In this document: positions 59,263 to 64,000 of the stretch, one piece after another | How positions within the stretch are numbered: the stretch's first letter is position 1 | How the letters are laid out: each line of letters starts with the position of its first letter | Origin: a candidate division FCPU426 bacterium | GTDB taxonomy: Bacteria; Oederibacteriota; JAAXVQ01; JAUVAV01 | Reading direction: 5' to 3' | NCBI GenBank assembly: GCA_040756875.1 | Contig: JBFLYH010000001.1 | Span: 544,001-608,000 of the forward strand | Length of the DNA stretch: 64,000 bases | Position numbers and translations under genes: made by a program | The notes under the pieces: generated by a model | Databases searched by the model: none | Told to the model about the DNA's origin: nothing | Seen by the model: the letters and a program-made list of their open reading frames with translations, nothing else

Positions 59263-60852
59263 ATGCCAATCCACTGCGCCACCTCCCGCAACCCGTTCTT
59301 TGCGTTGCGCCGCACGGCTGCGCTGATCACCTTGCTGCCGCTGGTCGCCGCCCTGGGTTGCGGATCATCGGGTTCCGGCAATTCGCAGATTCGCCCGCCG
59401 GCGGTGGCCGGAGCGTTCTATCCGGATAACGCCAAGGAATTGAACGCGCTGCTCAAGAAGGCTTTCCAAAACGCCCCGCCCCCAAAACTGGAAGGCGACC
59501 TCAAGGCGTTACTGCTGCCTCATGCCGGATACGTTTACTCCGGAGTGATCACCGCCATCGGCATGCGGGCCCTGGTTAAGAAAGACGTCGATACGGTTTA
59601 TGTGATCGGCACCTCCCATTATTCCGACGTGGGCGGCGCCTTGGTTTGGCAAGGGCGTGCTTTTCGCACACCGCTGGGCGAATATCCCGTCGACTTGCAG
59701 GCCGTGAGGGAACTCCTAAAAACCTGCCCTCAAATCCATTTGTTGCCGCGGGCCTGGGTCAAGGAGCATTCGGTGGAAGTGCAGGTGCCGTTTCTGCAAA
59801 AGGTCGCTCCCAAGGCCAAACTGGTCCCCATTCTCATGGGAACGGCCACCTGGGAGGAATGCTGGTCCGTGGCCGAAGCCATCGCCGCGCAGGCCAAACT
59901 GCGCAAGGCTGTGATCATCGCCTCCACCGATCTGTCCCATTATCCGGCCTTTGCTGACGCGAATGTCATCGATCGCAAAATGCTTGATGCGGCCGTGGCC
60001 ATGGATCCTCAGCAATTGGACTCGTTGGACCGGGAAATCATGTCGCGCGGCATTCCCAATCTGGCCTGCACCATTTGCGGGCTTTCGGGGCTCAAGACCA
60101 CCCTGATCGCCGCAACGCTGATGGGCGCAAATGACGGGCAATTGCTGCACTACGCCAATTCGGGCGACATCACCGACAAAAAAGGCCAAGTGGTGGGATA
60201 TGGAGCCGTGGCATTCGTGCAAGCGCCCGGACGGCCGGAGAAAAAACTCGCCCGCCCGGGCCGGGAAGACGACCTGAGTTTAACCGAGGCGCAAAAGCAG
60301 GAATTGTTGGCAATCGCCCGCAGTTCCATCACCGAGGCCCTGGCTACGGGCACCCAGCTCGCGCCCACGACCGCGCAGAAAGCGTCGCTGGAACGTCATC
60401 CTGTTTTCGTGACCCTGCGGCGGGGGGGCTATCTGCAGGGTTGCATCGGCCTGACTGAGGCCCGTCTGCCGCTCTATCAGGCCGTGGCCCAGATGGCCTG
60501 CGCCGCCGCTTTTGAGGATCCGCGTTTCAAGCCCCTGCAAGCAGCGGATCTGCCGTATACCGAGATCGAGATTTCCGTGCTGACGCCTTTGAAGCGCATT
60601 TCCGATCCCAAAGAAATCGTCCTGGGCATCCACGGCGTGGTAGTGAAACGCGGAGACCGTTCCGGCTTGTTCTTGCCGCAGGTGGCCACCGAGACCGGGT
60701 GGAGCAAGGAAGAATTTCTGAATCAGCTCTGCCAACAGAAAGCCAACCTGCCGCCGGATGCCTGGCGGGACCGCAAAACGGAATTATATGTTTTCCGCGT
60801 GCTCAGTTTTCAGCAGCCCGGGCCAGCCCAAAAAACCACACCGGCCAAATGA
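59263..60852 (+). CDS. AmmeMemoRadiSam system protein B (MEMO) - protein A (AMMECR1) fusion
   Basis: RPPAVAGAFYP, PHAGYVYSG, EHSVEVQVPF, ASTDLSHY, YANSGD, VGY; then VFVTL...LQGCIG, AAFEDPRF, EISVLTP, LFLPQVA. Confidence 0.93.
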   Translation: MPIHCATSRNPFFALRRTAALITLLPLVAALGCGSSGSGNSQIRPPAVAGAFYPDNAKELNALLKKAFQNAPPPKLEGDLKALLLPHAGYVYSGVITAIGMRALVKKDVDTVYVIGTSHYSDVGGALVWQGRAFRTPLGEYPVDLQAVRELLKTCPQIHLLPRAWVKEHSVEVQVPFLQKVAPKAKLVPILMGTATWEECWSVAEAIAAQAKLRKAVIIASTDLSHYPAFADANVIDRKMLDAAVAMDPQQLDSLDREIMSRGIPNLACTICGLSGLKTTLIAATLMGANDGQLLHYANSGDITDKKGQVVGYGAVAFVQAPGRPEKKLARPGREDDLSLTEAQKQELLAIARSSITEALATGTQLAPTTAQKASLERHPVFVTLRRGGYLQGCIGLTEARLPLYQAVAQMACAAAFEDPRFKPLQAADLPYTEIEISVLTPLKRISDPKEIVLGIHGVVVKRGDRSGLFLPQVATETGWSKEEFLNQLCQQKANLPPDAWRDRKTELYVFRVLSFQQPGPAQKTTPAK

Positions 60853-60896
60853 TGCGGCGGATGCTTGGATGATAACGGGGAGGAACTAACCGCAGC

Positions 60897-61537
60897 GTGC
60901 TGGAGCTGAACCATGTAGGGCTGTTGGAAGCGGGTTTCGGCCTGCTGTTGGGTGCGGCCTTCGGCGCGTATCCGGTATTGCAGCCGCAAATCATTGGCAG
61001 CGGTTTTCCCAAGTTGAATTCAACCTACGCCATTCGTCCGACGTTCGGACGGATGGCTTTTTTTTATCAGGCCGCTGGCTGGGATTTGCTCTTTTGGGAA
61101 TCATGGGAGGGTGGCTGAACATCGTCTGGTCTGCTTATCCGGTTTTTTCGCGATTATTGCCGGCGGCGGAAATACTGCTGGCGGTATTCATGCTGCTGTT
61201 TCTTTTAACTGGTTATTCGCCTGAATTAAAGCTTTGCCAAAAACTGGATCCTGCCATTCTTAGCCTGCCTTTGGGGCTAAAAGGCTTGCTGTCCGCTTGG
61301 GCAGCAACCGCTCCTATCTGCATCGCTTTATGCCAGGCGATTTTCCAGTTGAAACCTCTGACGGCAATTTTTTACTTTACCAATGTTTTCTTTGGAAATG
61401 TATTGGTTTTATTGCCTTTAATGCTGAATATGCAATGGTCGAAAACGGTTTATTATCAAATTATTTCACGTTTGATTATTTTATTTTGCGCAATTTCGAT
61501 TATTTATTCCGGCATTGCGAGATTCCTGGAATCTTAA
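60897..61537 (+). pseudogene. Probably frameshifted TauE/SafE (DsbD_2)-like membrane protein
   Basis: Hydrophobic N-terminus in one frame (60897); second frame is open from 60890 to 61537 and gives FFLSGRWLGFALLG upstream of its first start codon. Confidence 0.45.
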
Positions 61538-61569
61538 ATAAAATCAATCATAAACTTGGTTTCATTCGC

Positions 61570-61599
61570 TTGACAGTATTGGGTTACAGATGATATATT
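61570..61599 (+). promoter_or_regulatory. Putative sigma70 promoter
   Basis: TTGACA-N18-TATATT with TG extension. Confidence 0.5.
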
Positions 61600-61643
61600 T
61601 TAATTTACAAAGCTTTTTCGATATTTTTTTTAGGAGATAAATT

Positions 61644-61922
61644 TTGGATACTCAATATTCCTTTCTAAAAATCTCCGTAAAAGTTTTAAAAATACTTTCA
61701 TACATATTTGCGGTCCTGGGTTTGGTAGGCGCATTGGTTATTCTCTTTGGGAAATCGCAGGGGTCGGACAAGCTGGCGAGTATTGGCGTGCTTTTACTAG
61801 GCGGACTCTATTTTTTAGTTTCATACCTTATCGCGGAAGTCGTGCGCTTATTTATAAATATAGAAGTCCGGTTGAGGCAAATCGAACAGACCATTCAGAC
61901 TCCGAAAAGGGAGATTCGATAG
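61644..61922 (+). CDS. Small two-TM membrane protein
   Basis: 92 aa; TTG start after AGGAG; two hydrophobic helices and coiled tail. Confidence 0.75.
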   Translation: MDTQYSFLKISVKVLKILSYIFAVLGLVGALVILFGKSQGSDKLASIGVLLLGGLYFLVSYLIAEVVRLFINIEVRLRQIEQTIQTPKREIR

Positions 61923-61955
61923 GCTGATATCTGCAGCATAGGGGGCTCATCGTTC

Positions 61956-64000
61956 ATGCGTCAAACGACATGGTTGGCGGATCTCGATCGGCGACATTCG
62001 GGTTTGCTCGGAATCGCGGCGCTGCTGGCATTGACCGGAACGCTGCTATTCTGCTTCCCATCCTCGACTCTGGCCAAGCGTTTCGTCGACCGCTTGACTA
62101 CGGACTTCTATGGAGGCACGGAAGACAACATCCAAATCGGCCAGAATTTGGACGGCGACCTCCAGCTCGCGCCCTATTCCATGCTGGGCAATTGGACGAC
62201 CACCAGCGGTCCCTCCAATACCTCGCTGTATTTATCGGACGCGACAGTGTCCAACGGGCGCATTTATCTGACCGGCGGGTACGGCAGCGCCGAATCGCGA
62301 TCCTTCAGCGGCCCCACGGTGGCGAATGCCTTGAACAAAGTATGGTACGGTGCGGTTTTGACCGACGGCTCCGTGGATGAGTGGAAGGAAGTGGACGACA
62401 CCTCGCGCCTGCCGCAGCCCACCTACGGGCATTCCGCGGTGGCGATGAACGGACGGCTGTATATTATCGGCGGCCGGAGCACGGCCAATGCCACGCTTAA
62501 CGCCGTCTACTGGGCGAAGATCATCGGCCACGACGGAACCATCAAGGCGTATTACAAGAGCAACACCTGGACCGCCGTGGCCTCGCTGCCCGTGCCGTTG
62601 TTCAGGGCGCGGGCGTTGGCATGTGAAGGCCGGATTTACGTGGTGGGCGGGCAGGATGCCGCGGATATCGCACAAAACACCGTGTACTACGGTACCGTGC
62701 TGCCGAGTGGCGACATTCCGGGCTGGACTGCGACCAGTGTGCCTTTGCCCATCAGTGTGGCCGGGCATTCGGCGGTCATTTCGAACGGCCGGATTTATGT
62801 TCTCGGCGGGTCGACCACCGGCGAACCTTTAAACGCGGTCTCGGACGTTTACATGGGGACCATCGACGTCAATACCGGCGATATCACCGGGTGGACGCAG
62901 ACCACCAGCCTGCCTGAGCCGCGCTATGCGGCCGCAGCCACGGTGTCTTCGGGAAAAATATGGGTTTCAGGCGGCGTCACTTCGGGCACCGCCAAATCGG
63001 ATGTGTTTTACGCCCGCATCGACCGGGTCACCGGTTTAATTCCGGGGTCTGGACAACGCGATACCTGGAGCCGGGCCACGGATCTGCCGGCGTCGGTATA
63101 CAATCATAATTTCATTTCCTTCAACGGACACTTGTTCCTCCTGGGCGGGATGAACAACGCAGGCATTCAGGATCTGGTTTACCGCTCGACCCTGGCGGCT
63201 CCCAAAACGAACATCACCCGCTGGGTGCCGACCACGCCTTTGTTCCTTTCTGCCTACGGCGGAGGCCGGTATGATATTTGGACCGGTCATACGGCCATTC
63301 TAAGGGTGCCGTTGCCCAGCGACACCTCGGGGATTTCATCCGGGGACCCCACAGTCTTCGTGATCGGCGGCGGCCCGAACACATTCGTGGCGTATGCCAA
63401 CGGCATGGGAGATGTGGCCAACGAGCCGCCATCGGCTTACTCCACGGTTTATAATTCCGAAGTGGATCCCAACGGTTCGCTGAAAACCTGGGCTGCACCG
63501 GATACAGGCGGATCCATACCCCTGGCAACCATCAACCACGCCTCTACGCTGGCCGATGGCGCGATTTACGTCGTCGGCGGCGCCAACTCCGTCAATGCCT
63601 GGATTTGGACCGGCGCGGCATCGCGTTCCCTGACCGCCGAAGGTCAGTTGGATACCTTGGGCCGCCCCTATCAAGTCGGCAAGACGCTGGTGATGTACGA
63701 GGAAGTCGGGCAGGGAAGCTCCAGCGGTGGAGCCGGTTCTTTCGAATTCACTTCGCCGCTGCCCATCTATGATCCAGCCTGGGAATCAGGAGGGTCCGGC
63801 GGATACACGGCCAATACCGCCACTCCGATTTATCAGCCTCTCATGCGGCATGCCGCAGTTTCTCATAATGGCAACATTTACGTGATCGGCGGCGTTTCGC
63901 GCGCGAATATCCAGCCGTATGACGGCGCGGGCGATCCGCCCGGGAGCCAGCCGGTTTATGAAACCCGGGTCTGGTTCTGCCGGCCGAATCCGGGTGGCAC
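61956..64000 (+). CDS. Large secreted Kelch-repeat beta-propeller protein (runs off window end; absent from ORF track)
   Basis: ATG 61956; signal peptide; repeats NGRIYLTGG, NGRLYIIGG, EGRIYVVGG, NGRIYVLGG, GKIWVSGG, NGHLFLLGG, DGAIYVVGG, NGNIYVIGG in one frame. Confidence 0.88.
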   Translation, partial: MRQTTWLADLDRRHSGLLGIAALLALTGTLLFCFPSSTLAKRFVDRLTTDFYGGTEDNIQIGQNLDGDLQLAPYSMLGNWTTTSGPSNTSLYLSDATVSNGRIYLTGGYGSAESRSFSGPTVANALNKVWYGAVLTDGSVDEWKEVDDTSRLPQPTYGHSAVAMNGRLYIIGGRSTANATLNAVYWAKIIGHDGTIKAYYKSNTWTAVASLPVPLFRARALACEGRIYVVGGQDAADIAQNTVYYGTVLPSGDIPGWTATSVPLPISVAGHSAVISNGRIYVLGGSTTGEPLNAVSDVYMGTIDVNTGDITGWTQTTSLPEPRYAAAATVSSGKIWVSGGVTSGTAKSDVFYARIDRVTGLIPGSGQRDTWSRATDLPASVYNHNFISFNGHLFLLGGMNNAGIQDLVYRSTLAAPKTNITRWVPTTPLFLSAYGGGRYDIWTGHTAILRVPLPSDTSGISSGDPTVFVIGGGPNTFVAYANGMGDVANEPPSAYSTVYNSEVDPNGSLKTWAAPDTGGSIPLATINHASTLADGAIYVVGGANSVNAWIWTGAASRSLTAEGQLDTLGRPYQVGKTLVMYEEVGQGSSSGGAGSFEFTSPLPIYDPAWESGGSGGYTANTATPIYQPLMRHAAVSHNGNIYVIGGVSRANIQPYDGAGDPPGSQPVYETRVWFCRPNPGG

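Overview
Bacterial chromosomal window from a probably diderm, anaerobic lineage (TonB-dependent receptor, alpha-2-macroglobulin lipoprotein, 2-oxoacid:ferredoxin oxidoreductase, ETF, B12-radical SAM enzymes). I cannot assign the taxon from sequence alone. A GC-rich housekeeping backbone (etfA fragment, rpsO-pnp, korAB, glpK operon, rpe, rlmN, hisG, rarA, A2M-pbpC, AmmeMemoRadiSam B-A fusion) is interleaved with many two-component genes and visibly AT-rich accessory patches. Three loci stand out. (1) A TadE/Flp-pseudopilin-like N-terminus is fused through a long linker to an abruptly AT-rich C-terminal domain with ADP-ribosyltransferase-like motifs, followed 1 nt later by an AT-rich immunity-like ORF: a candidate Tad-pilus-delivered polymorphic toxin. 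(2) An AT-rich cassette encoding a GNAT-fold protein, two cobalamin-dependent radical SAM enzymes and the 7TM sensor half of a histidine kinase sits next to a sigma54 activator and a receiver protein. This resembles an agr/comQXP-style signal-synthase plus cognate-sensor cassette. (3) Three lycopene-cyclase-domain membrane proteins lie directly upstream of a kinase/regulator pair with no carotenoid genes in the window. Several REP-like palindromes are present, one in-frame inside the toxin gene. No rRNA, tRNA, CRISPR array, integrase or transposase was recognised. All family calls come from motif recognition by eye, not database searches.
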